From an uncultured Bacteroides sp. (GTDB lineage: Bacteria; Bacteroidota; Bacteroidia; Bacteroidales; Bacteroidaceae), in the NCBI GenBank assembly GCA_902388365.1, contig CABMPB010000002.1, positions 242,683 through 306,682 on the forward strand: 64,000 bases of DNA, given 5' to 3'. The notes beneath the pieces were generated by a model. The model did no database searches and had not been told where the DNA came from. It saw only the letters and a list, made by a program, of their open reading frames with translations. A program made the translations under genes and the position numbers. This document shows, piece by piece, positions 49,716 through 58,797 of this stretch (within the stretch, counting starts at the first letter, position 1; each line of letters opens with the position of its first letter).

Positions 49716-50993
49716 ATGAATACACAGAAGACCAATAGCTTGGGACCTTTTTTAGTCCTGACCTTCATTTATTTCATTGTCGGATTTCTGACTACTGTGA
49801 ACGGACAGTGCCAGGGACCGCTGAAAATAGCCTTTCTGGCCCATACGGATGAACTGAGGAATACATTTACTACGCTTATTTCCTTCTTTTTCTTCCTGGG
49901 ATATTTGCTAAACAGTACTTTGGGAGGTAAATGGATAAACAACTACGGTTATAAGAAAACCTTGATACGTGCTCTTATCGTTATGGTATCCGGTCTGCTT
50001 ACTTATTTCCTATCTTCCTGGTTTGCCGTAAATTATGGTGACCTCAGTCTGCAAATCGCATCGGATAGCGTGCCCTACGGTTTCTTTATCTTTCTGCTTG
50101 GTTCTTATCTGATGGGAACTTCGGCAGCCTTGTTGCAGGTGGTGATTAATCCTTATATAGCTGCTTATGAATTGCCTAGGACACAACCGGTGCAGCGCAT
50201 GAATATTGTCTGTGCCATCAACTCCATTGGCACAACTATCGCTCCTTTCTTTGTGACGGGAGTCATGTTTTCCGGAGTTTCATTGGATAATGTACGTGCC
50301 GGACAGTTGATGGTTCCTTTTATGGCAATTGCCATCTGTGTAGCAGTGATCACCATTGTTACCGGACGGCTCCGTTTGCCTGATATTCAAGGGACAAGGA
50401 CGGAACAAGGTGAAAAACTGGAACGTAGCATTTGGTCGTTCCGTCATCTGGCTTTAGGAGTAGTAGCCATTTTCTTTTATGTGGGTGCAGAAGTATCTAT
50501 CGGCGTAAATGTCAATCTGCATGCCATGGAATTGGATCGTGAAGGGGAAATGCTCTCTCCCGCCCTGCTTGCTACCCTTTATTGGGGAGGACTGATGGTG
50601 GGGAGAATCATTTCAGGATTATTCAACAAGGTTTCTCCACGCATGCAACTCACGTTTACCACCTCTGTGGCGACGGTGTTGACTCTCATCGCCATCTTTA
50701 CCAACAATTTATGGGTGCTGGTATCTGTCGGGTTATGCCATTCGGTGATGTGGGGATGTATCTTTACCCTGGCTATAAAAGGATTGAAGAAATATACCTC
50801 AAAAGCATCGGGCATCTTTATGATGGGTGTATTCGGCGGTGCCGTATTTCCGGTGCTGCAAGGCATGATGGCCGATGTATTGGGTTCCTGGCAATGGACA
50901 TGGATGATTGTGGTGGTTTGTGAATTGGTAATGCTTTACTATGCTCTGTGGGGCTCAAAGATAAAAGATGAAGAATGTTTAACTGAAAATTAA
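49716..50993 (+). CDS. MFS sugar transporter (FucP/GlcP-like)
   Basis: The start is placed at ATG 49716 (MNTQKTNSLGPFLVL); the track ORF begins at 49662. 12 TM helices with MFS loop motifs. Confidence 0.85.
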   Translation: MNTQKTNSLGPFLVLTFIYFIVGFLTTVNGQCQGPLKIAFLAHTDELRNTFTTLISFFFFLGYLLNSTLGGKWINNYGYKKTLIRALIVMVSGLLTYFLSSWFAVNYGDLSLQIASDSVPYGFFIFLLGSYLMGTSAALLQVVINPYIAAYELPRTQPVQRMNIVCAINSIGTTIAPFFVTGVMFSGVSLDNVRAGQLMVPFMAIAICVAVITIVTGRLRLPDIQGTRTEQGEKLERSIWSFRHLALGVVAIFFYVGAEVSIGVNVNLHAMELDREGEMLSPALLATLYWGGLMVGRIISGLFNKVSPRMQLTFTTSVATVLTLIAIFTNNLWVLVSVGLCHSVMWGCIFTLAIKGLKKYTSKASGIFMMGVFGGAVFPVLQGMMADVLGSWQWTWMIVVVCELVMLYYALWGSKIKDEECLTEN

Positions 50994-51006
50994 AAGATAG
51001 AATAAT

Positions 51007-51402
51007 ATGAATATCAGAAAGAATATCACGGGAGTGCAACATATCGGTATCCCGACAAATGATGTGGAGAAAACAATTGAATTTTATGTAGGCTTGGGTT
51101 TTGAAATTGCATTGTTTACGCTGAATGAAGCGGCAAATGAGAAAGTTGCCTTCCTCCGTTTAGGCAATTTGATGATCGAAACCTATGAAAATAAGGCTGC
51201 TGCAATGAAGAACGGTGCTATTGACCATATTGCATTGGATGTAAAAGAGATAGATAAGGTGTTTCAGGAGGTTCGTTCTGCCGGTTACCGCATGTTGGAT
51301 CATGCCGTGCAATCGCTTCCCTTTTGGGATCATGGAGTGAAGTTCTTCACTATTGTAGGACCGAATGAAGAAAAGATTGAGTTTTGTGAGAAACTGTCAT
51401 AG
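51007..51402 (+). CDS. VOC-family (glyoxalase/bleomycin-resistance fold) protein
   Basis: 131 aa with the glyoxalase-like metal-binding pattern (HIGIPTND..., DHIALDV). Confidence 0.75.
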   Translation: MNIRKNITGVQHIGIPTNDVEKTIEFYVGLGFEIALFTLNEAANEKVAFLRLGNLMIETYENKAAAMKNGAIDHIALDVKEIDKVFQEVRSAGYRMLDHAVQSLPFWDHGVKFFTIVGPNEEKIEFCEKLS

Positions 51403-51487
51403 CTGATTTTTAGGTAAAGAAATCTTCGGCCAAGCACACAGCTTGACCGAAGATTGTCGATATTTAAAAGAATTTAAAGAAGAAGAC

Positions 51488-52980
51488 TTATTTATATTCT
51501 GCCCAGTCTATCAATCGCATATCGCCTTTCTTTGCCAGTGTGTCGTGCATTGCCAATGCAGCAGACATGCAGTGAGGAGTCTGTCCTTTAGAAGACATCT
51601 TCACGTAATCCCACAGGATATTCTTGTAATCCGGGTGAGCACAGTTCTCGATGATGGCGCGTGCGCGTTCTACCGGGCTCTTTCCGCGGAGGTCGGCAAT
51701 ACCTTGTTCTGTGATGATGATATTTACATCATGCTCTGTGTGGTCGGCATGAGAAACCATAGGAACAATGGCACTGATCTTTCCTTCCTTGGCAACGGAC
51801 GGGCAAGTAAAGATAGAAATATAAGCATTGCGGGTGAAGTCGCCTGAACCGCCGATGCCGTTCATCATCTTCGTGCCGCTGATATGGGTTGAGTTCACAT
51901 TACCATAAATATCTGCTTCAATAGCTGTATTCATGGAGATAACTCCGAGGCGGCGAACAATTTCGGGGCTGTTTGAAAGCTCGGAAGGACGCATCACCAG
52001 TTTATCACGGAAGAAATCAATGTCATCATAGATACCCTGCAAGCATTCATTGGTTACGGTCAGCGAACAAGTACTTCCGAATTTCACACGTCCCTGGCGA
52101 ATCAGGTCTACCACTGCATCTTGCAATACTTCGGTGTACATTTCGAATGCAGGGATGGTTTTGTTACGTCCCAAGGCACCCAATACGGCATTGGCAATAT
52201 TACCTACTCCACTCTGCAAAGGCAGGAAGGTAGATGGAATGATGCCGCGGTCCATATCGGCAACCAGGAAGTCGGCTACATTTTGTCCGATTTGGTCGGT
52301 GATAGGATCGGGTGCGGTGAATGAGCGTGCCTGGTCGGGCATGTTCACTTCTACTACGCCGATAATCTTTTTCGGGTCTACCTGCACATAGGGCACACCG
52401 ATGCGGTCGCTGGGTTTATAGATAGGGATCTCGCGGCGGTAAGGCGGATCAAGTGGTTCATATACGTCATGCAAGCCCATACCGTTTTTACTGTGGGCGG
52501 CGTTCAGTTCTATAATCACTTTGTCTGCCAGGCGGGCGATGGTCGGGGCGATACCTCCGGCTGCTGTCAAGTATACTTTGCCGTCGGGAGTAATCTCGCA
52601 GGCTTCCAGAATGGCAACGTTTACTTTTCCCATAAAGCCATAGCGCACTTCCTGTGCCATTTGCGACAAATGGATGTCATTGTATGCTATTTCGCCATTG
52701 TTCACCGCTTTGCGGAAATCGGGGTTGGTGGTGTAAGGAGCACGATAGCGGATTGCTTTCACTCTTGACAGAATACCGTCTGTAGCGTCTCCTGTAGAGG
52801 CACCGGTAAAGATACCGATTTGGAACGGATTGCCTTTAGCATGTTCTTCTTCTGCTATCTTTGCAATCTCGGGAGTTACGGCTTTCGGCGTTCCTGCCGG
52901 AGTAAAGCCACTGAGTCCAATATTGTAGCCATGCTTGATATAGCTGGCTGCTTCGGCTGCTGAAATAATATTAAATCCCA
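51488..52980 (-). CDS. Acetyl-CoA hydrolase/transferase family protein (succinyl-CoA:acetate CoA-transferase, Cat1/ASCT-like)
   Basis: About 497 aa with family-typical N-terminal (GYNIGLSGFTPAGTPK) and C-terminal (GIGGSGDFTRNA) motifs. The track start is TTG at 52990; ATG at 52980 is preferred. Confidence 0.85.
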
Positions 52981-53018
52981 TAATATTCAATGTGTTATTC
53001 TTATTTAGATAGTTGTTA

Positions 53019-53369
53019 TTAATATTTGCGATTGAAAATCTCCGAATAAATAAAGGCCCGTCGCGCTTCTTCTCTTGTGCTTAGTTTTATGGGGGCATGA
53101 CTTGGCTTCTTGTTTTCTTTTTCCGGCTGGGGGGAGATGTTTTGTTTCGTGGTGACTGTAGGCTGGCTCTGCTTGCGGGAAGATTTAGGCTTACGCATCA
53201 TTTGTGGAACGGGAGAAACGGGTTGCTCCTCTCCTTCTATTTCAGGAAACATATCTGCAAGTACGTCTTTGGGGGAAGTTACTTTCTCCTTTTTACTGGC
53301 TTTTAAGATTTGCTGTGCAATGGCAACGGCAATAATTACTATAAATATGATAACCTGAATGATCTCCAT
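53019..53369 (-). CDS. Hypothetical small membrane-anchored, Lys/Pro-rich protein
   Basis: The start is placed at ATG 53367-53369 (MEIIQVIIFIVIIAVAIAQQIL, a TM); the track ORF extends to 53399. It has a disordered basic tail and lies 28 bp upstream of the CoA-transferase gene. Confidence 0.45.
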   Translation of the reverse strand: MEIIQVIIFIVIIAVAIAQQILKASKKEKVTSPKDVLADMFPEIEGEEQPVSPVPQMMRKPKSSRKQSQPTVTTKQNISPQPEKENKKPSHAPIKLSTREEARRAFIYSEIFNRKY

Positions 53370-53746
53370 ATTCTTTCCTTTTATATAATGAGTGCTCAAA
53401 GTTAGGAATTTATTTCTTAATTCGGGCTATAAAAGGACAATAAAAAAGGAAGAGAACTTCACAGTTGTCTTCCCCTATTTTTTTAACCTAAACCTTAACT
53501 ATGAAAAAATCTAATGTTTTTCAGAAGCAAATATGCGAATTAATATGATACGTTGGTAACGTAAACGGTTTTTTTGTTCACGGTTTATAATTATTTAACT
53601 CTTTGCGCTGTTTATGGGGCATTTATAGCATCATATTACCTGTTGTGGTCTAAATTCCTTCAAAAGCTTCATGGGCTTATAACATTTTGTTTATGAGTGT
53701 CTTATCATGAAGAAATATTTTGTGATTCCTTCATAAATGATCAATA

Positions 53747-53925
53747 ATGATTCAAAGCAAAAACACCCGCCATTGTTTTTGGAAACACCCGCCGTTGTTT
53801 GGGAAAACAATGGCCATTGTTTTTCGCGGTCCATAAGACACCGGGAAGTGCTTCGTAACACACCGGGAAACTACAGTATCGCGGTGTGTTACGGAGTGTT
53901 TCCTGGTGTGAAACCGAAGGTATCT
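53747..53925. repeat. ~170-bp multi-hairpin intergenic repeat element, copy 2 (inverted relative to copy 1)
   Basis: AAACAATGGCCATTGTTTTT palindrome units, CGTAACACACCGGG..CGCGGTGTGTTACGG hairpin and GGTGTGAAACC. It is about 80% identical to the reverse complement of 22470-22650. Confidence 0.6.
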
Positions 53926-53957
53926 CACCGAGGTACAGACCGGACAAAACACCTGCA

Positions 53958-54030
53958 TCTTACTAACGATGAGGCCGAAAGATTACTAATGACGAGGGCG
54001 AGTCATTACTAATGATACGGCTTACCCATT
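53958..54030 (+). repeat. About 3.3 tandem copies of a 23-bp direct repeat (CTTACTAACGATGAGGCCGAAAG / ATTACTAATGACGAGGGCGAGTC / ATTACTAATGATACGGCTTACCC / ATTACTGA...)
   Basis: Read directly from the sequence. It lies 75-150 bp upstream of the AraC-family gene start. Confidence 0.55.
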
Positions 54031-54104
54031 ACTGATCCATTTATGAAGGAATTGGAATATATTTGTTCATGATAACTATCTTATAATCAAATTGTTATTG
54101 GCAA

Positions 54105-55049
54105 ATGACGGATTTGAAGGAAAATACATGGACTGAAGATATTCTTGTGCACCCATTATTGACTATCTTTGCAAAAAGTATGATTATGAATTCCATCCCC
54201 CGGTATAAATTTTATAAAACGAAGTATGGTGAGGAGCTTTTGATAGATGTAGTAACCTTGGACAGCATTCGCCCTTATATCAATAAGACTCCGGTGCACA
54301 CCTTGTCTTATTTTGATATCACCTTTATAACCGGTGGCTCCGGACATTTATCCATTGCCGATGAACAGTTTTCCCTTTGCCAAGGGGATATTATATTTTC
54401 CAGACCCGGAGAAATACGGGCGTGGAATGCAGAGAACCTTCCGCAAGGCTATGCGCTTATCTTTGAAGAAGAATTCCTGCTCTCATTCTTTAACGACCCT
54501 TCTTTTATACAAAACCTTTCTTACTTTAACAGAGATAGAGCTTCTGCCAGACTGAACATTACAAATATATATTCCCGAATTGAAAGTCTGATCCGGAATA
54601 TTATATCCGAAATAAACAACGAGCACTCCAGGGACAAACATATTTTGCGTGCCTTGCTGTATGAGATGCTGATGCTTCTCAACCGCGAATATTCAAAAAG
54701 CTACAACGCCATCGAAGGAAAATCTTCAAATAGATATATAGATCATTTTATCAAATTAGTCGATCGGGATTTCAGAACCCATCATGACACTGCATACTAT
54801 GCCAATGAACTATGTATCACCCCCAACTATCTGAATGAACTAGTCCAGAAAACAATGAATACCAGCCCTAAAAGCTATATTCAGAATAGAATAATCCAAG
54901 AAGCAAAAACATTGCTGGCTTATACCAGCCTGTCCGTATCCGAGGTGGCAGACAGACTGAGTTTTGAAAACCCTTCATACTTTATACGGTTATTCCGCCG
55001 GCAGATCCGGTTGACCCCTTTGCAATATCGGCATAGCATCATTCGTTGA
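54105..55049 (+). CDS. AraC-family transcriptional regulator
   Basis: 314 aa with an N-terminal cupin-like sensing domain and C-terminal dual HTH AraC signatures (YYANELCITPNYLNELVQK; SVSEVADRLSFENPSYFIRLFRR). Confidence 0.9.
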   Translation: MTDLKENTWTEDILVHPLLTIFAKSMIMNSIPRYKFYKTKYGEELLIDVVTLDSIRPYINKTPVHTLSYFDITFITGGSGHLSIADEQFSLCQGDIIFSRPGEIRAWNAENLPQGYALIFEEEFLLSFFNDPSFIQNLSYFNRDRASARLNITNIYSRIESLIRNIISEINNEHSRDKHILRALLYEMLMLLNREYSKSYNAIEGKSSNRYIDHFIKLVDRDFRTHHDTAYYANELCITPNYLNELVQKTMNTSPKSYIQNRIIQEAKTLLAYTSLSVSEVADRLSFENPSYFIRLFRRQIRLTPLQYRHSIIR

Positions 55050-55134
55050 AAAGTGCTATTTCTCCTTTGATTTTTATTGCATGGTTTTTCTTTCGTCTTC
55101 TTACTTTTGCATCATCATTTAAACCAAAAAGATT

Positions 55135-55554
55135 ATGAGAAACGTAGAACAAACGATTGGAAAACTGATTGATAATCAGAAAGTAGCTTTTATAGCTTCC
55201 ATTGACGAAGAAGGCTTTCCGAATATGAAAGCAATGTTGCAACCACGAAAGAGGGAAGGGCTCCGCACTTTTTATTTCACCACCAATACCTCTTCCATGC
55301 GTGTGCAGCAATATCTGAGGAACAATCATGCCTGTATTTACTTTTGCGACAGGCGTTTCTTCAGAGGTGCCATGCTGAAAGGAACCATGGAGGTGATGAC
55401 AGACCCTGCGTACAAGGAAATGATATGGGAGGAAGGCGACACGATGTATTATAAAGAAGGAGTTACCGACCTGGACTATTGTGTGCTGAAATTCACGGCA
55501 ATTTGCGGAAGATATTACAGCAGCTTTAAATCGGAGAACTTCGCAGTGGAGTGA
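55135..55554 (+). CDS. Pyridoxamine 5'-phosphate oxidase-like FMN-binding split-barrel protein (general stress protein 26 family)
   Basis: 139 aa with the PNPOx-like fold pattern (FIASIDEEGFPNMKAM...FYFTTNTSS). Confidence 0.7.
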   Translation: MRNVEQTIGKLIDNQKVAFIASIDEEGFPNMKAMLQPRKREGLRTFYFTTNTSSMRVQQYLRNNHACIYFCDRRFFRGAMLKGTMEVMTDPAYKEMIWEEGDTMYYKEGVTDLDYCVLKFTAICGRYYSSFKSENFAVE

Positions 55555-55649
55555 AAGAAAGCAAGTTTTGACAATTTCCAACCTCTTTATTCGTTTCATT
55601 TGCGGGGAAGTCCCTATCTTTGCAGCGAAATAAATAAATCAAAGGAAAT

Positions 55650-57026
55650 ATGAAAGAAACAACAGGAGCAGACTTTAAATCTGCAACTGAAACCGAAAAC
55701 AAGAAATTGTTTATCGAAACCTACGGCTGCCAGATGAATGTGGCTGATAGTGAAGTAATTGCATCTATTATGCAGATGGCAGGCTACCGGGTGTGCGAAA
55801 CGCTGGACGAAGCGGATGCCGTGTTTATGAACACTTGTTCCATCCGTGACAATGCGGAGCAGAAGATTCTGAACCGATTGGAGTTTTTCCATTCCATGAA
55901 GAAGAACAAGCGCAGGGACTTGATAGTGGGCGTACTGGGCTGTATGGCGGAACGCGTGAAGGATGATTTGATAGAGAATCATCATGTAGACCTTGTGGTG
56001 GGGCCGGACGCTTACCTCACTTTACCCGATTTGGTTGCTTCGGTAGAGGCAGGAGAGAAGGCTATCAATGTGGAGCTTTCCACCACCGAGACTTATCGTG
56101 AGGTGATTCCGTCGCGCATTTGTGGCAACCACATTTCCGGCTTTGTCAGCATCATGCGTGGCTGCAACAATTTCTGCCACTATTGCATCGTGCCTTATAC
56201 TCGCGGACGGGAGCGTAGCCGTGATGTGGAGAGCATCCTGAATGAGGTGCGCGACCTGGCAGGCAGGGGCTACAAGGAAGTGACCTTGCTGGGACAGAAT
56301 GTAAACTCCTATCGTTTTGAAAAGGAGGGAGAAGTGATAACTTTCCCTATGTTGCTGCGCACAGTGGCGGAAGCGGTGCCGGGCATGCGTGTCCGTTTTA
56401 CAACTTCGCACCCCAAGGATATGAGCGACGAGACGTTGCAAGTGATTGCGGAAGTGCCCAATGTGTGCAAGCATATTCACCTACCGGTGCAGAGTGGCAG
56501 TTCACGAATCTTGAAACTGATGAACCGCAAATATACCCGCGAATGGTATCTGGAGAGGGTAGCGGCCATCCGCCGGATTATTCCGGATTGCGGGTTGAGT
56601 ACCGATATATTTTCGGGCTATCATTCGGAGACGGAAGAGGATCATCAGGAATCTTTGTCCCTGATGCGTGAATGTGGGTATGATTCCGCCTTTATGTTCA
56701 AGTACTCGGAACGTCCCGGGACGTATGCTTCCAAGCATTTGCCGGATGATGTGCCCGAAGAAATTAAGATCCGCCGTTTGAATGAGATTATTGAATTGCA
56801 GAACCAACTGTCTGCCGAAAGCAATGCCAAGGATGTGGGAAAAACATTCGAGGTAATGGTAGAAGGGGTTTCCAAGCGTTCAAAAGAACAGTTATTCGGA
56901 CGTACACAGCAAAATAAGGTGGTAGTCTTTGATAGAGGCAATCATCGCATTGGCGATTTTGTGAATGTGCGTATCACCGAGGCCAGTTCAGCCACGCTGA
57001 AAGGTGAGGAAGTAATTGCACCGTAG
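55650..57026 (+). CDS. miaB: tRNA-2-methylthio-N6-dimethylallyladenosine synthase (radical SAM methylthiotransferase)
   Basis: 458 aa with an MTTase N-domain (LFIETYGCQMNVADSE), a radical SAM CxxxCxxC (MRGCNNFCHYC) and a TRAM domain. Confidence 0.93.
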   Translation: MKETTGADFKSATETENKKLFIETYGCQMNVADSEVIASIMQMAGYRVCETLDEADAVFMNTCSIRDNAEQKILNRLEFFHSMKKNKRRDLIVGVLGCMAERVKDDLIENHHVDLVVGPDAYLTLPDLVASVEAGEKAINVELSTTETYREVIPSRICGNHISGFVSIMRGCNNFCHYCIVPYTRGRERSRDVESILNEVRDLAGRGYKEVTLLGQNVNSYRFEKEGEVITFPMLLRTVAEAVPGMRVRFTTSHPKDMSDETLQVIAEVPNVCKHIHLPVQSGSSRILKLMNRKYTREWYLERVAAIRRIIPDCGLSTDIFSGYHSETEEDHQESLSLMRECGYDSAFMFKYSERPGTYASKHLPDDVPEEIKIRRLNEIIELQNQLSAESNAKDVGKTFEVMVEGVSKRSKEQLFGRTQQNKVVVFDRGNHRIGDFVNVRITEASSATLKGEEVIAP

Positions 57027-57103
57027 GGGCGGATTGAATCCGCCCGAATACACCCCAAATACCCCCTTCGGATTGTTGTCGGGCAGATTCAATCTGCCCC
57101 TAC
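57023..57103. repeat. GTAGGGGCGG double-hairpin palindromic element, 81-nt copy overlapping the miaB stop codon
   Basis: GTAGGGGCGGATTGAATCCGCCC...GGGCAGATTCAATCTGCCCCTAC. The 7-bp terminal stem GTAGGGG/CCCCTAC encloses two stem-loops with 7-nt loops. The TAG stop of miaB is the first three bases of the element. Confidence 0.65.
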
Positions 57104-57152
57104 AGTAGATGAAAGCGTTATTTGTTCCTTAGTTTCGCAATTATGGAATTTA

Positions 57153-57563
57153 TTGAAAAATATGGGAAAGAAAGAAGAATATAAAGAAAAGAACTTGCAA
57201 TATCTGCAGGTTCTTTCTACACAGGAAGGCATTCATCCATTGCCTTGCGGAATCTATTATAAAGTATTGCAAGCAGGAGAGGGTAGTGTCACCCCTACAG
57301 TCCGTAGCATCGTAACCGTGCACTATAAAGGCAGCCTGATAAACGGGAAAGAGTTCGATAACTCCTACACCCGCAACTGTCCCGAAGCTTTCCGCCTGTG
57401 TGATGTCATCGAAGGATGGCAATTAGCCCTCCAACGTATGCACGTGGGCGACAAATGGACTATTTACATTCCTTATACCATGGGATACGGCAACCGTGCC
57501 AGCGGTCCGATTCCCGCTTTTTCTACATTGATATTCGAAGTAGAATTATTAGGCATTGCATAA
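57153..57563 (+). CDS. FKBP-type peptidyl-prolyl cis-trans isomerase
   Basis: 136 aa with the FKBP core (VHYKGSLINGKEFDNSY..., IEGWQLALQRMHVGDKW, LIFEVELL). Confidence 0.88.
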   Translation: MKNMGKKEEYKEKNLQYLQVLSTQEGIHPLPCGIYYKVLQAGEGSVTPTVRSIVTVHYKGSLINGKEFDNSYTRNCPEAFRLCDVIEGWQLALQRMHVGDKWTIYIPYTMGYGNRASGPIPAFSTLIFEVELLGIA

Positions 57564-57571
57564 CCGTTCTG

Positions 57572-57763
57572 CTACCTCTTCTCCGGCATTACAATCCATA
57601 AAATAAGATAAACGATGACACCGGAGAAAGCGGTGAAAAACGTTGCCAATGTATAAACTACACGTACTATTGTTACGTCCCAACCGAAATAATCAGCCAA
57701 GCCCGCACATACTCCCGCTACCATCTTGTTGCTGCTGGAACGGGTTAATTTTTTATTCTCCAT
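57572..57763 (-). CDS. PspC-domain small membrane protein
   Basis: 63 aa with the PspC motif (LTRSSSNKMVAGVCAGLADYFGWDVTIVRVV) followed by a TM. Confidence 0.8.
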   Translation of the reverse strand: MENKKLTRSSSNKMVAGVCAGLADYFGWDVTIVRVVYTLATFFTAFSGVIVYLILWIVMPEKR

Positions 57764-57870
57764 ATCCGTTTCTTTTTAAATGATCTGTGCAAATGTAGAA
57801 AAAGTAAAAACGAATGATTAACATATACTCTTAAAAGTACTTAAAGGATAGCCCTTATAATACTTTTTAT

Positions 57871-58797
57871 TTGTTATTTTGCAGCAAATTAGGGCAAAAA
57901 GTGGATATACTCAATATAAATACTTGTCCGTTGTGCGGCGGAAAACATTTGGGACATGCAATCACTTGTACGGATCACTATGCTACGGGCGAACAATTCA
58001 GTTTGGTTCGCTGTGAGGGTTGTGGCTTTATCTTTACGCAGGGTGCACCCGTGGAAGCCGAGATAGGACGGTATTATGAAACTCCCGATTACATATCGCA
58101 TAGCGACACCCACAAGGGGTTGATGAACCGCGTGTATCACGAGGTTCGCAAGTATATGCTGTCGCGCAAGGCAAAGCTGATAAAACGTACTTCGGGACTG
58201 AGTAAAGGCAGTCTGCTGGACATTGGTACAGGTACGGGCTATTTCAGCAATGCGATGAAAGAACGTGGCTGGCGGGTGAAAGCCATTGAGAAGAACGCTA
58301 AGGCGCGTGCGTTTGCCAAAGAACATTTTGAGCTGGACGTGGATGCCGAAGATGCTTTGGCGGGATATGATGATGCTTCTTTTGACGTTATCACGTTGTG
58401 GCACGTCATGGAGCATTTGGAACATCTGAATGAAACATGGGAAAAGCTCAGTGCGCTGCTGAAAGATAGGGGAGTGCTGATTGTCGCCGTTCCCAACGCA
58501 AGTTCGTATGATGCACAGAAATACAAGGAATGGTGGGCAGCATATGATGTTCCCCGTCATTTGTGGCATTTTACGCCCTCCGCGATGCAGCAATTCGGAG
58601 TGAAGCATGGTTTTAAACTGGCAGAACAGCATCCCATGCCCTTTGATGCATTCTATGTATCCATGCTGACGGAAAAATACAAAGGCAGCCGTTGGGCTTT
58701 CTTGAAAGGAATGTGGACGGGACTATTGGCATGGTTCAGTTCGCTGGCAAAGGAAGAACGCAGTAGTTCAATGATTTATGTATTCAGAAAGAAGTGA
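57871..58797 (+). CDS. Class I SAM-dependent methyltransferase with an N-terminal Cys4 zinc-ribbon
   Basis: CPLCGG...CEGCGF zinc ribbon and SAM motif I (LLDIGTGTGYF). The track start is TTG at 57871; the true start is uncertain (GTG at 57901 is possible). Confidence 0.75.
   Translation: MLFCSKLGQKVDILNINTCPLCGGKHLGHAITCTDHYATGEQFSLVRCEGCGFIFTQGAPVEAEIGRYYETPDYISHSDTHKGLMNRVYHEVRKYMLSRKAKLIKRTSGLSKGSLLDIGTGTGYFSNAMKERGWRVKAIEKNAKARAFAKEHFELDVDAEDALAGYDDASFDVITLWHVMEHLEHLNETWEKLSALLKDRGVLIVAVPNASSYDAQKYKEWWAAYDVPRHLWHFTPSAMQQFGVKHGFKLAEQHPMPFDAFYVSMLTEKYKGSRWAFLKGMWTGLLAWFSSLAKEERSSSMIYVFRKK

Noticed and set aside
53430-53580. Possible 15-aa mini-ORF (MKKSNVFQKQICELI) and a GGAAG...CTTCC stem in the 53400-53740 gap
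   Set aside because: It is too short, lacks context and has no conservation evidence available. It is left unannotated.
53958-54030. Possible CRISPR array
   Set aside because: It consists of contiguous 23-bp direct repeats with no unique spacers, only about 3.3 units and no cas genes. It is classed as iterons or operator repeats instead.
57023-57103. 81-nt element with a 7-bp terminal stem and two 7-nt-loop hairpins as a possible tRNA
   Set aside because: It has no anticodon arm, no D-loop GG, no GTTCRA T-loop and no CCA context. It belongs to a four-member repeat family and is classed as a REP/MITE-like element.
57889-58632. 247-aa minus-strand ORF overlapping the methyltransferase gene
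   Set aside because: It is antisense to a gene with a clear zinc-ribbon and SAM motif I. It has no features of its own.
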